Under the pieces are notes generated by a model. The model worked only from the letters and a program-made list of their open reading frames with translations. It searched no databases and was not told the origin of the DNA. The translations under genes were made by a program, and so were the position numbers. A stretch of DNA of 48,819 nucleotides, counting the filler, from Streblomastix strix (Eukaryota), in assembly GCA_008636045.1 (NCBI GenBank). It is 2 parts of 2 records of this genome, joined end to end, with 100 filler letters (N's around TTAATTAATTAA, not from the genome) between each part and the next. Parts side by side here need not be neighbours in the genome. Positions count along the whole stretch, not along the records: positions 1 to 24,366 come from SNRW01000237.1; positions 24,467 to 48,819 come from SNRW01000238.1. One strand, 5' to 3'. Shown piece after piece: positions 22,300 to 35,700 of the stretch; positions within the stretch are counted from its first letter, which is position 1, and each line of letters opens with the position of its first letter.

Positions 22300-24063
22300 A
22301 AACTTTTTTTAGTTAATCTGGAAATTTCAAATATCATATTTTCATACTTAGTTCCAGGTTGATTATCATGAGCCAACTATTAAAATGAAATATGAGATAT
22401 TATTAATAAATAAAATTTATAATTAATATTATAAAAATAATTTTGGTATTTGTTAATTAATATATATTTATTATTCTAGTAATATAAATCAAACATAAAT
22501 TTTGAGTTTCTTTGGCATATTGACAAATACAACAGGTCCTTCATCTGTTTCATGAAAGATGCGAATGGTGTTACTTGGAACATCATCTCACAGGTCAACT
22601 TCGAAGGTAATTCTAAATAAAAATGAATAAATAAAAATGGTTATGTAATTGATATTAATTACAATATAGTTTTATTTCTTTATTCATAATCTTATTATAA
22701 TATTAAGTTATTATACCTATATTCGTCTTTTGTTGGAATCCATCTAAACACTTCATGCCAACCAAATCTAATGATACCTCTATAAGTATTAGAGAATAAA
22801 TGGGTTAATATATCTACGAATATATAAAAATAAAACTAATTTATATTTGTTTAATATCTAATAACTAAACATTCATAATCCAACTTTAATATATTTATAT
22901 ACTCTTTCTCATCATATGTAATAGCTCTGAAATCCCTCTCTGGGATTGGAATGTTGTTTAATATTTCATCTCCATCAGCAATGAATCCGAATCCTGAAAT
23001 ATTAATATAATAAATATATAATAAGAATTAAAAAAGAATTAATTCAATTTAAACTAGTTCATATTATATAAAATATAGAATTCATCGCACTTCTGGAGTT
23101 TTCCGAATTAATATACTTATTACTGACACGGAATACTGCTTTTTCAAATATTTAATTTATTGATTTCAGTTTCAAAAGCATTTTTCTTTCTATTTCTATT
23201 AATTATTCATATTATTCATTATCTTATTAAGATAAACCAACCCATTCAACGAGTTTTGTAATTCTTTGTCCTATGCGTTCTTTTTTGTGAGATTTGTAAG
23301 CTTTGAGAGGTCCTTCGGCTAAATACTTTTATTTTATATTAATATATATAACATAGAAAAGAAAAAAATAAAAATAATTAATACAAAAAATTATTTATTT
23401 AGAATTTGTAATTAATAACAATTATATAAATCAACAAAATATTTACATACCACAACTTAAATATCAGGAGGTAATTTACTAACTCCGAGTTCAACTTCTT
23501 CATTAAGTTTTTCACCAATGAAGAATTTGGCGGTTTTTTCATTACCCTTTTAAATTGATAAGGAAATATAATTGAATATTAATATGAATAAAAATGTGAA
23601 GGATGTTTTGCTAAATAAAAGAATGATAAAAAACTATTCGTATATATATGAATTCATAACGCATTGCATTACATATATACTAAAAATAATTAATACCTTC
23701 ATATCAAGTTGAAGACAAAGATATGTCCAACACGTTCAGTCCTAATGTACTCAATATAGCTACAATGAATATATGCCACTATTGTTAACTCTTCAGCCAT
23801 TCATTCATGCTCTCATACATACGAAATCTGATTTAACATAAAGTACAGATAATTATTTTAAACTGGTTCCCATACAGTCTTTCGAATATAATAATGAAAA
23901 ATATAATAAATTAAACGAAATTGGCTAATAAATACAAAATAATTAACAAAATATATTAATATTAATTAATAGATGAGAAATATCACAAATATCAATTTTT
24001 CAAACCTTGAAATGTTTGTATGTGTCGTGGTACTTGATAATAGATTAATTTCATACTAACTCC
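22300..24063 (-). pseudogene. Inverted paralog of the SPRY-like gene
   Basis: Same exons on the minus strand, plus ITFEVDL*DDVPSNTIRIFHETDEGPVVFVNMPKKLKIY (22500-22612), which resembles the SPRY C-terminal strands. Confidence 0.45.
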
Positions 24064-24366
24064 TGTAAAATGATAGCATAATAAAAAATGAAATATTATG
24101 AATGTATATTTATTGTTATATGATGAGATAAAATGGAAAATTGGAAAATAAAAATAATAAATATTGTAAACTGAAGGTAAAAGATAAAAAAAATATATAT
24201 TATTTTTGTTTTATACTACGTAGAATTTATTCACAAGTAATTTTTTGATTAAATAAATGAGTTTTGATTTATGTGATTGGATAAAAATATGATTTAATTT
24301 TTAAATATGAACTAGTTTAAATTGAATTAATTCTTTTTTAATTCTTATTATATATTTATTATATTA

Positions 24367-24466
24367 NNNNNNNNNNNNNNNNNNNNNNNNNNNNNNNNNN
24401 NNNNNNNNNNTTAATTAATTAANNNNNNNNNNNNNNNNNNNNNNNNNNNNNNNNNNNNNNNNNNNN
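24367..24466. other. Artificial contig linker (44 N + TTAATTAATTAA + 44 N)
   Basis: Exactly 100 bp with a six-frame TAA stop spacer. The two sides are not necessarily adjacent in the genome. Confidence 0.98.
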
Positions 24467-24954
24467 TTTATGGATGTTATTATAAATTTAATGGAGATTT
24501 TTAATATTATATGGAGTTTTCTTCATATTATACGGATTGAAATATTATATATAGTCAGAAATAACTAATCTCTGAACTTCTGGCACTTTTTTTTAAATTA
24601 TTTGAATTATACTTGAGTGCTCTTGCCAAATTAACTTTTTCTTGCAATATTTAACTTCAATTGTATTTTACGTGACTTTAATTAAATTTGCGAACTTACG
24701 CATCATCCACATCTAACGAAATGTCTTCAAAAAAATATTTCATTAAAATTTGCACAGAAAGAGTAGTATGATGTAAATTTGTTGATTATTTAAAATAAAC
24801 CATCAATAATACAATTGTAATTCTAAATTTTACTATTATTAGTAATAAGCTAAACCTTAAACTTGAATTATAAAAATTATTAATCATTTTTCTGTTTTAT
24901 TTTCTAAAATCAGTTTTATTATATGTATTTTTCATTTTAAAATTCAGCAAATTA

Positions 24955-27900
24955 ATGGAATAATCACCTAATATAACATCGTCACCAAGTCAAACTAATA
25001 TCGCAGTTGAAAAGTTCACATTAGATAATGAAGAATAGAAAAATAAAATAAAAAAACTATTGAAACACGTAGAACACCTGGTCTTCCCATTTCTTGTTGG
25101 ATTTAATTGGAAAATTGAAGAAAATAATACATTGAATATAATATATTAGTCTTTTGCAAAGGATAAATCAGTAGCGAACTACATTTCATAAAAGAAAGAA
25201 TCAGGAACTTTCATTGATGAATAAGTATGATTATTATTCAACAAATCAAATTTTTATTTCTTTAAAAATTCGATATAATAATTAATTTTTAATTATTTAT
25301 TATATATCTTGAAGTAAATCCTTGAATTTGCAGCATAAGGAGCTCTTACTCTTGCATTTCTTCACGGTTAAGACATAATTCATGGAAATATCAACATCCA
25401 GGATGTATTTATTACAAATGATGGAGCATTAAGGATTGGTTTATATTCTATATAATTAATTTCTCAATCATTTATATTGTTTTATTCAGGACCTGTGATT
25501 TTCAGTTAGAAAATATAAGAAATTAAATTGGAAGAAGAAAAATAAAAAATGAAATAATCTGAAGCAAATGAAAAACAAAGGTTTATATTTGATATTCATT
25601 ACCTTTTTGATTTATTAATATGTTTAATAGTTTGAAATAATAAGATTTGCATAACTTTGGAGAAGTCCTTTTTGCACTTGCTGAGCTGAAAGAATTTTCT
25701 AATTCTACATTAAAGATTGAATAGCAAGAATAAACTGAATAATTAATCACTGAACAATTCATTCATCTTCCAGATGGCCCTATTCAAAAGTTAATCATCT
25801 CTCTATTAGTTGATGTTTGCTAATAATTAAAATTTTGATGATATATTTATTATTAATATTTATTATTTCAATTCATAATCTTTTATAGAAGCAAATCGCA
25901 GAAAAATTCTTTGATAAACCAGAAATCAAAGAGTTTATCCAGAATTGCATAGAAGCTCCAACTCAATTACTTCCTTCTGATTAGATTAACAGAACATTAA
26001 TTCAGTTTTCAAGCTATAGATATCAGTTAGCTCAAACTCTTGTTACTTTTGCATAATTTAAATATGATCATTTACTTAATCCTCGTGAAGACGAATTTGA
26101 AGAATATACTGATATGATTAAATGGTCTCGTTAATAAAGTGTTGATCTTGCATGCCCGCTTAGTGAATGGATTTGTGCTGCTTGTGTAAATATTGTTGTT
26201 ATAAAATGGGGAGCAGAGAAATATGGATTTAAATATGGATTTGTGAAAGAGCTCATAACACTCGTTTGTTCTGATATTCCTCTGGAAGAAGTAAATTATA
26301 TTCATACAAATGCATTGAAGCTCTTTTTTGACTATGGATATTAAAAAGGTATTAAAATAGATGACGAATTAGAAATGGTCAAATAAATAATAAGAAATAT
26401 GAAAAGTGCTGATTCTGATGTTATTGACGAAACTGCTGAAACAATCTAGATAATTGTTAGTAAGAGCAGAATAGATTATCATGAGTTAAATGAACATCCA
26501 AATTATGAAATATATCAAGACAATGGTATTATTGCTTATTTATTTGAAAATGGATTATAAAAAGAAGGATTGCCAGATAAAACAAAAATATTTACTGCTT
26601 CTGCAATAGGAATATTATTCTGTTTAAGAGTAATTCCAGACTAGATGAGAAATGAAGTTATTAAAGAATTGAAGAATGGAATCAACATTGAGATATTAGT
26701 ACAATAAAGAGATTCATTGTATGTACTTCTTGGACTTTCTTTGAATGCAGGTTTGAAATTTTTTATATAAATATATTTTAAAAAATTTTATTTTCTAATA
26801 ATATTTATTATTTTCTTAAAATTAATTTCAATATTTATAGGAAATCATAACTAGATATTGAAAGACAACTTTGTTGAAAAGTCAATATAGATATTACAGT
26901 TTGATTATTTATAAGATTTTTTCGTATTTTTAAATAGTTATTTCATTAATTATTAATAAATATATTTATTTATTTATTACTATCAAATTAGGAAACATAA
27001 TTTCTACTATCAATAAGATTTAATTTAAATGATAATAAATATGTATAAAGTTGGATTGCTACAAACCCAATAATAGATTTATTAAGCACTTCCACTTCCA
27101 ATTATTCGTGAATTAACGAAGAGCAAAAACTTTTAATTGAAAATAAATGCATATCATCTCCTTTCATGGTTAGTTAATCGTGAATAAATGCTCACACTTG
27201 ATAAGTATTAGAAAGAAATTAAGGAGTATTCTAGAGATCAATAAGATCAATTATTTGAAAATGGATTAATGAATGAAATATGCACAATTCTTAGAGAAAA
27301 CAAAGAACACGCAGAGGATAAAGGAGGATTAATTTTAGTATCAAGTGATATTATAGGAAATGTAATTTATAGAAATGATAAGATAAAATAGTAGATTTTG
27401 GCTGAAGGTGGTTTTCTTGACATTTTCTTCTAATTTATTGATTTGCTCACACCAGATCAAATTATATATAAATTCATCAATATAATAGAAACGAATGTAT
27501 TTTCTTACAAGGGATCTCAAATTTATTTGTATTTCAAGAAAGAGAAATATATTTCGTCGTTGATTCGTCTTATTGATGGTAGGAACAATGAATATAATAA
27601 TAATATATTGAAAATATTGATAAAAATAATTATATTACAGAAAGATACAGGATAAATTCCAAAAGAAGATGAATTCCTTTAGGTTATGATTAAGAATGGA
27701 TTACTCCTAAAACTTTTGGAGTTATTGAATGATGAATCATTAGAATCTTCAGATAAAGATGATATTGCAATTATTATAGCATCTCTTCACAAAGCTGCTC
27801 GAATGCCTGATCAGTTCAAAGATGTTGTGATGAATCGCTTAAAAGAGATGAAGGTGAATACATGGATGGGAATTGTTCTTTCAGGATTAGCTGAAAATAT

Positions 27901-28226
27901 AGGTATGAATTTTTAATATTATTTAAATATTCATTTTTTATTGGATTATTAATTTTAATTCTTATATACAAATAGAGAATCATGCTGACATTGTGGAACG
28001 AGACTTTATCAAACAACTGAGTAATCTTTTAAATAATACACCAGATGTTACTGAAAAAGAATTAATGGTTGCATTGAATCTCTTTGAGCTTGGAACAGAA
28101 GAAACATAGCAGAAAGTGAAAGAAGCTATCAGCCAGAGAAGAATTTAGGCATTGATGTCTTCAAGGAATGGAAATATTGCAAAGGTTGCGAAGTTACTTG
28201 ATGATTGGCTGTTGTTTCTTTCATGA
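24955..28226 (+). CDS. Pseudokinase (NEK-like fold) fused to ARM/HEAT-like helical repeats, multi-exon
   Basis: Exons give LAFLHGQDIIHGNINIQDVFITNDGALRIGPV and QDLHNFGEVLFALAELK, then helical repeats (LSGLSLNAGNHNQILK, LSGLAENIENHADIVE). Ends DWLLFLS*. Introns at ~25225, 25438, 25581, 25816, 26752, 26899 and 27903. Confidence 0.75.
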
Positions 28227-28901
28227 ACATAACAATTACACTATATTTTATATTAGAATATCATTTATAGTAAGTGTCGTAATAAATTAAATATAAATAA
28301 TAAGAATTTGCTCTATATTTTTTTTGTATTTTGTATTTGATTCAAAATATACAAGTCTTTGCAATTCTTTATTTATTTTGTGCTAGCTATATTTCCGCAC
28401 GGTAAACTATTTAATATTTAGTAATCGATATTTTTTGCGTAGAAGAATATATCTTCCAATTTTTGTTATTATATTTGTAAAATTCCAAGTATTCCTACGT
28501 AAAATCTTGAAATACACAAATTGAAGACACTCACTGTTTTAATAATTATTATTTTCCTGGAAACAAATAATTTTATGTCATTTAATCTTAATTTTTCAAT
28601 ATATAGCTAAATAATTCTCGATTTAAGCTATTAATGCTCGTTTGTTAATAATTTTATTTAAATTTAACACATCACTTTGTATTCATTAATTTTCTTTAAA
28701 TATTACCATATAAAATGTTTTTTAGCGCTACATTTATTTGAAAATATTCATATCAAAAAGTATAACACTTTCTGAACATGAGAACTTAATTGAAAAAAAA
28801 AGTTTAACAAAAATTGTTTTCTTTCCACTTTCTTTTGTTTTTAATTGATACCCTTAATTCATATTTATTTATTTTTATTTTTATTTTATTATTTGATAGA
28901 A

Positions 28902-29551
28902 ATGGCAGATTCTATCAAGATAAAAACAAAAGAAGGAACAATTTTTACACTTCCTAAAAACGTAGCTCTGGTTTGTCTTACTACTTACTTGTTATTAACA
29001 TAAATTACTTTTTTTATCAATCATTTAATTTTTCCAATATAATTATTAACAAATTAGATGTGCAACCAAATCAAGACAGCCATCGAGAACGCTGAAGGTG
29101 ATGATATTGACTTGCAGAATCTTGGAGCAGCTGAAATGGGGAAAGTTGTTGAATGGCTCAACAAGCACTTCGAGTTTGATCATGCACCAGCCAGAAACGA
29201 AGCTGAGGTCAAAGCTTATGATGAAGGATTCTTCGATTCGCTCAATGTTGAAGGAGATAAGACACTCATCTTCCAAACTGTGCTAGCTGCTAATTTTCTT
29301 GACATTAAGCCGCTTGTTGACCTTATATGGTATTTAGCCATTATATTATTCATAATCATATACTCTATTATATAATATATAATATACCTTATATATAATA
29401 TAATAATCATATACTTTACAGTGCTGGAATAGCCAAATTACTGAAGGGAAAGAAACCTGAGCAGATTCGTGCAGAGTTTGGAATAAAGAATGACTTCACT
29501 CCAGAAGAGGAGAAGAGGATCAGGGCGGAAACAGCATGGCTATACAAGTGA
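28902..29551 (+). CDS. SKP1: S-phase kinase-associated protein 1 (SCF adaptor); exons 28902-28970, 29058-29329, 29422-29551
   Basis: MADSIKIKTKEG...KVVEWLNKH...LIFQTVLAANFLDIKPLVDLICAGIAKLLKGKKPEQIRAEFGIKNDFTPEEEKRIRAETAW. Confidence 0.97.
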
Positions 29552-29719
29552 GTGTGATGCTCAGTCACCATACATCGTTTATTACAAGCATACACAAATA
29601 AATATAAAGAATAAATGTAAAAAATATAAAAATGGCATTTTTGAAAGTTGAATTTTAATTTATGGAGAAAAAAAAATCGTGGTAAATAAATAATATAGCT
29701 TCAGAGATGTTAATTTATA

Positions 29720-32700
29720 TCAGACTTGCTGCTTCTTATTCTTCTTAGCATTGATGATCTTATTATTAATAGCACCATTCCTAGTGCATACAGCTCCAAT
29801 CATAACCCAACAAGAACTCATCCTTTCCTATTCAGCGAAATGATACACTCTAATTGCTATCCCTAAAGCGAGTGAGTCATTTGCATTGACTATACTCTAT
29901 AATTATCTGTTTGTATTAATTGATCTGTGGATCCTTTTTGCAGTGAGCGGTTGTGAGTTTATTAGTAATGGAGCAGCTCTGAATATAATTTTGGGATCTA
30001 ATAATCTTTCAGCTATTTATTAAACATCTCTTCTTTGCTGAGTGAGAAGTACTCCAGATTGGTATTCCTACTCCAGTAATTATATTGATGGATACATCAA
30101 TGCAGATAATTAAGTATCAAATACGATTTCAGGTAAACAGAGAAGTAATCTCTATGCAAGAATTAATGAAGAGACTTGTTACTGTAATTTGATCTCAAAT
30201 TGGGTCAGATGTGGATTTGAATTGATTAATGAAATGTTTTATATTGGAGATATTGAATGTGGGAATGAATGAATATTTGTAGGAGATGGAGAACGTATTT
30301 GTGAATTGAAGTAATTTTATTAGAAATAAGGCTAAAATTAACTTCTATTGGAATTTGGTTGATTGTCCAATTATTATTATTATTGTAGTTGATATGGAAT
30401 TAATGATGTTTATGCAGAGAAAGAAGAATTAACTTTATGTATTGGATATATTGGAGGTAGAATTGGAGGAGGTGGTCTAAATAAATAAGGAAAATAAAGA
30501 TGGATTATTAAATAAATATATAAATAATAATTATGATATAAATAATAATATAAATCTTATTAATTTACACAATATTAATTTAAATTAAATATTTACACAC
30601 GATCTTCCAGGAATATCAGTTCCAATCTCTAAAGACATCCAATTTGATTCATTTTATAAATCAAAACATGGAGGAATTAATAAATAAGGAATTATGCTAA
30701 TATTTTGTTAAATTTATTATTTCTATATTAATTAATCATTATTAATTTATTTCCCCTTTTCCCTTCTCATCTTCTTTTCACTCAATTTTTATTATTTCAA
30801 CAACAATTTCAATAATTTCTTTTCGAGCTTTTCTTTCTTTTTCATTTATTTCTTCTCTTCTTTTATTTATTTCTTTATTTTCTTTTCTTTCTTCTTCTAT
30901 TTTAACTTTTCTTTTCGTTTAGTTTCTTTTTTTCTCAATTTTTTCAATTTCTTCTTCTAAGTTGATGATAACGAATCATCTTCATCATCACTATATTAAT
31001 CAAGAGTGGTATCAATTGAGCTTGAAAGTGAATTTGAATTCAAAGATAATGTAGATGAAGAAGATGAAGATGATGAAGATAAAGATGTTGATATTGATGA
31101 TGATGAAGAAGATGATATGGAATGATTTTTATGTTTATGTTTATTCTTTTTATTTTTTTCCCTATCTTTAATTTTTTTTATATTATTCTTCTTTAAATCA
31201 TCGTTTTTATCTTTTTCTTATTCATCTTAATTATTAATTTCATCAATTATATCTTTATTTTGTTATTAATTATATAATTTATCCAGAATATATGAAAATT
31301 AATACTATGAAGAATAATAAATAGAAGATGAAGATTGTTATGATATAACAGGGAAAGTGCCTGGAAACTGAATATTTAATAATATAAGAAATAATATAAT
31401 AGATAAAATATTTATTACATAATTTATTATTCAATTTCAAAGTTTATTCAATTAATATTCATATATGTATACTTGTATATTAGCGTAAATGCAATGGCTA
31501 TTAAACAACAGAGAAATATATAATTGAGAAGACCATTCAGAATGTTAGAGTAATTATGAAATATGAGATGAAGCTGATTATGAAGAAGAAACTGTTGATT
31601 TGATTGTTAAGTAAATAAATAATAAATAATATATATTTAAAATTAATCAAAATAAAAATTAATTATATTATTTTATTGATTAAATCAAACCTTCATTTTT
31701 ATCTTCATTTCTAATTTCATTTCCTTCTTATTCTTCTTCTTCTTATTCACCATCAATTTTATTATTTTTCTATTTTTCTTCATATTGTTTTCTCTGAATA
31801 TATTCTTCATATTGAGAACAAAGTGCAGAATCTGGTTCCCAAACAAAACATTTGATTCTTTGGGTGAATTTCTTACCTTATCTAATTATATACTATTATT
31901 ATTACTGTTATTATTATACTTGATTTGGCTTTTATTCATTTGGAGATTAGTTTTACTGTAGTAATTGTTGTTTTAATTAATCTATTTATTATTATAATTA
32001 CTACGTTTATGATAATTTACTTTATTCTTCCAAGCTTTCTTATTCAAACTCATCATTTTCTTCAATTTTCTTTTTCAGTTTCATTTTCTTAACTTGGTGA
32101 TAAAGTGCATATGATGATGATTCATATGATGGAATTGAAATTGATGATAATTATGATGATGATGAAGAAGAAGATGTTGAATCTGAATTTGAAGATGTGG
32201 ATGTCGAATGATTTTATTTTCTTTTTTTCTTGTCTTTCTTTTTATTTTTTATTTTCTTGCCATCTTTTGACTTTTCAATTTATTTTGATTTCTTTTTATT
32301 TTCAGTGGTTTCTTTTTATTCTTCTTTTACTTCAACTTCCTCTTAATACAATGTTATAACTACTATATCAACTATTTATGCTTATTATATATATTTCATC
32401 TAATTATTTTCATTATTTATATTTTCAATGTCATTTTATTTCATTTTCTTCTTTTCTATACTTTTTCTGGGACTTTTACTTTTATTCGTTCTTCTTGATG
32501 AACTTTTATTTCGTTTTGATGGAGAAGAAGAAGATTTTGATTAAGACGAGTCCACTTTTTATATTATATCAATATTAATATTATTATTATTATCATTAAT
32601 TATTATTAATTTTTATTCATTCTTCCTTCTTTATTATTTGTTAATTATTATTTATGCTCGATCTTTTTCATATCCTTCATCATCTTCTTTATTCAACTAT

Positions 32701-35700
32701 TATTGTTCTTTATTTTATTATCTTCTTCTTTAGTTACTTACTTCATAATTATCATCACTTTACAGAATTTATCCATCAATTTCATTATTATTATCATCAT
32801 CATCAATAATATAATACTCAAATTCACTTTATATTCCCATTTCTTTATTCCTCTGTTGAATCAGCAATAGTTTTTCCTTCTCTTTTTTATTCAACAAACT
32901 TTTTTTCAGTTTTTTCAGCTGTTTGTTGTTTTCATTGTATTATTAAAGCAATTATTATGAATTTGAAGGAGAATATGATAAAATTTCTGGCTTTAATTAA
33001 TTCAACTACAATTCTTATTCTTTTAATTATATCTATTACTATGTTTATATCTGTTAATATGAATCAGATAAAGTCTTCTGTGTTGTTGAATAGGGAGATA
33101 ATTATGGTGATTATGAGGAATTAATAATTGATTTCTATTATTACAGTTATTACTATTATTATTAATTGGATAATTGTAATGAAGGAATTGTTTATTATTG
33201 TTGTTGTTATTCAGGAATAATGAATGAAGATGGAGGTGGGAGTCTGATTTTATATATGAATAATTAAAAAGGGGAAATAAAATATATATTAATAAAAATA
33301 TTACCTAAATTTATTTAATTATATTACTTCATATATCAAACCTTACAATATAAGCAACATATGCATCTAATCCAAATCCAAGTAGTAATGAACATAACAA
33401 ACATGATCGATCTAATATTGAGGAACTATTCAAATAATAAAAAAATAGAATAAATAATAAAATAAAGTAAAATAATATTTATTTATTTTATAATTTCTAT
33501 TTTTTATTTTAATATTTACCTTCCAACTGCCAATATTGTGTGCATATCAGAGAATGGTTGTGCTTAATATTGCAATAATGAGAAATTGTCTAAATAAATA
33601 TTTGAATAATAAATTAATTAATTAATATTTAAATAGTAATAATTTAATACCTTATTTATTTTCATCAACTTTTTCATCTACATCCATTAAGTTGTTTATT
33701 TTATTATATTCATTATAATCATCATTATTATTTTACTCGTTATAGTAATTATAATTTTATATCAGATTATTGATATCATTAACATTATTGTTATTCTTCT
33801 TTTCTCTTCCTAACGATGCAATTGCACGAGCAGCTTATCTAATTGATAAAAAAATTATAGTTGAAAAAATAATAATTATATAAAAATCTATAAATAATTA
33901 TAAATATAATTAAATCTATTTCATTCATATATCATATATTTCACACCTTGGAGTCTCCATTTCTCTGAATCTGCATCTAATTGGCTGAATAAAAGCAGAA
34001 ATTGGCATAAATGAAGGAATTGATGAATAATTATTAGGGAATTGAGATATGGATATTGAAAGAGGTGGATATGAAGATGATAATGCAATAGAAGATTATT
34101 ATAGTTATTTTGAATTAGAATACTGATATGGAGTATAAGGATATAATGATTATGATTATATATCTGGAGAATTATACTATGATTAAGCAGATGAATATTA
34201 TGGATTAATATTTGTTTTACTAAGAGAAAGATCATGTAATGAAGATTAAGATGTATAAAGAGATGTTGTTGTCTAAGGAGGTGATAATGGATATGGATAT
34301 TAATTAGAGAATGGAGACATATTTAAATATTATTATTATAACTGTTACTATTATTATTGTTATTGATTTTGAGGTGAATTATGGAAATGTGGAATATTTG
34401 GCTTAGAAATGTATGAAAGAGAAGGTTGAGGATTGATTTAGTAATGTGGAAAAGATGGAGATGCGAATTATTGTTGATTTAACTTCTGTTATTGAATTTA
34501 TTACTAAATTTATTGAGATTATGAATAATATGAAGATGGATATTATTATATCTGATTCTATTGTTGTATATATGTTGATGGAAGAGGAATACTTATTTGT
34601 TAGGAAATTTGAGGTGAATTTGCAAGTGAAGGATTTTAAAGTAATAACTAAGGTTCCTGTTGTGATATGTGTTTATCAGCAAATTATTTCTTCTCAATTA
34701 AAATCCTTTCTTATTCTTGTTCTTTTATCATTTATTCATTCATTATTTTTAATTCCTGTTTTATTTGATTTATTTTATTGATTTCTATTTCATTTTCAAT
34801 ATCAGATAGTTTTTCAGCATTTTTTTCTTTTATTTTGATACTTCTATCACTATATTGAACTGAAGCTAATTTCTTTTTATTCAATTTAATATTTTCTTAT
34901 TCCTATGCTTAGTATAATTCAGAAAATGCAAAAATAGGTGGAATAAATCTAGCGAATATAAGCGGATTTTCTTTCTGCAATAATAACTATTATTATTTAT
35001 CTATTAAATCTTAATGTTCCTAATATAATTTAATCTACATTAACTATTATTATTATAGTTTATCAGTTTCATTCAATTCTTACTCATATTTATTAGGTGA
35101 CTATTTATGTTTATATTTTTCCCCTAATTTTCCTACTTATTATTATTATTAATATTCATCATCAACTCTTTCATTGAATTATTTCCTTTATTCAAATTCT
35201 TAGTTTTTATCCAACAAATTCTTCTCTTTCCATCTTTTTTCTCTTTATTTTCTATCTTTCTCATATTTCCATTCTTTAGATTCCCATTTTTATTTATCCA
35301 ATTTTTCTTGTTTTTATTTTTCTTATTCAATTTATTATTCAAAATCTTTCTTTATTGATTCGATAATGTTAATAAACTGTTGATTCTGTTTGATTGTTAC
35401 TTCATTAACCCAATTTTTAGCTGTTTTCAAGAGATCTATGTTCCAATCAAGTACTTTTTTGGCTATAAATATAATAAATAATAATAATAAAAATTATATT
35501 ACATTTATTCATAATATTCATTTTTTATTTCAAACCTTCAATTATTTTCTAATTCTACAAACACATTTCAATCTCAACAGCTAAATGGTTATCAACTTGG
35601 TCAAATTCCTGTATTTAATCAAATTATATTGTTTATTTTGATCCATTTCTTTTACTTATTCTATTATCAGTACTATTCCTTCTCTTACTAATTTTATTCT

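Larger units (their letters stand above)
20080..24309. repeat. Large imperfect inverted duplication (20080-21385 plus 22013-22160 vs 22885-24309)
   Basis: Arms align as reverse complements with scattered substitutions, e.g. 20161 AAATTCTACGTAGAATAAAAC vs revcomp of ~24209-24229. Confidence 0.95.

Noticed and set aside
24411..24422. TTAATTAATTAA palindrome
   Set aside because: Part of the synthetic linker, not biological.
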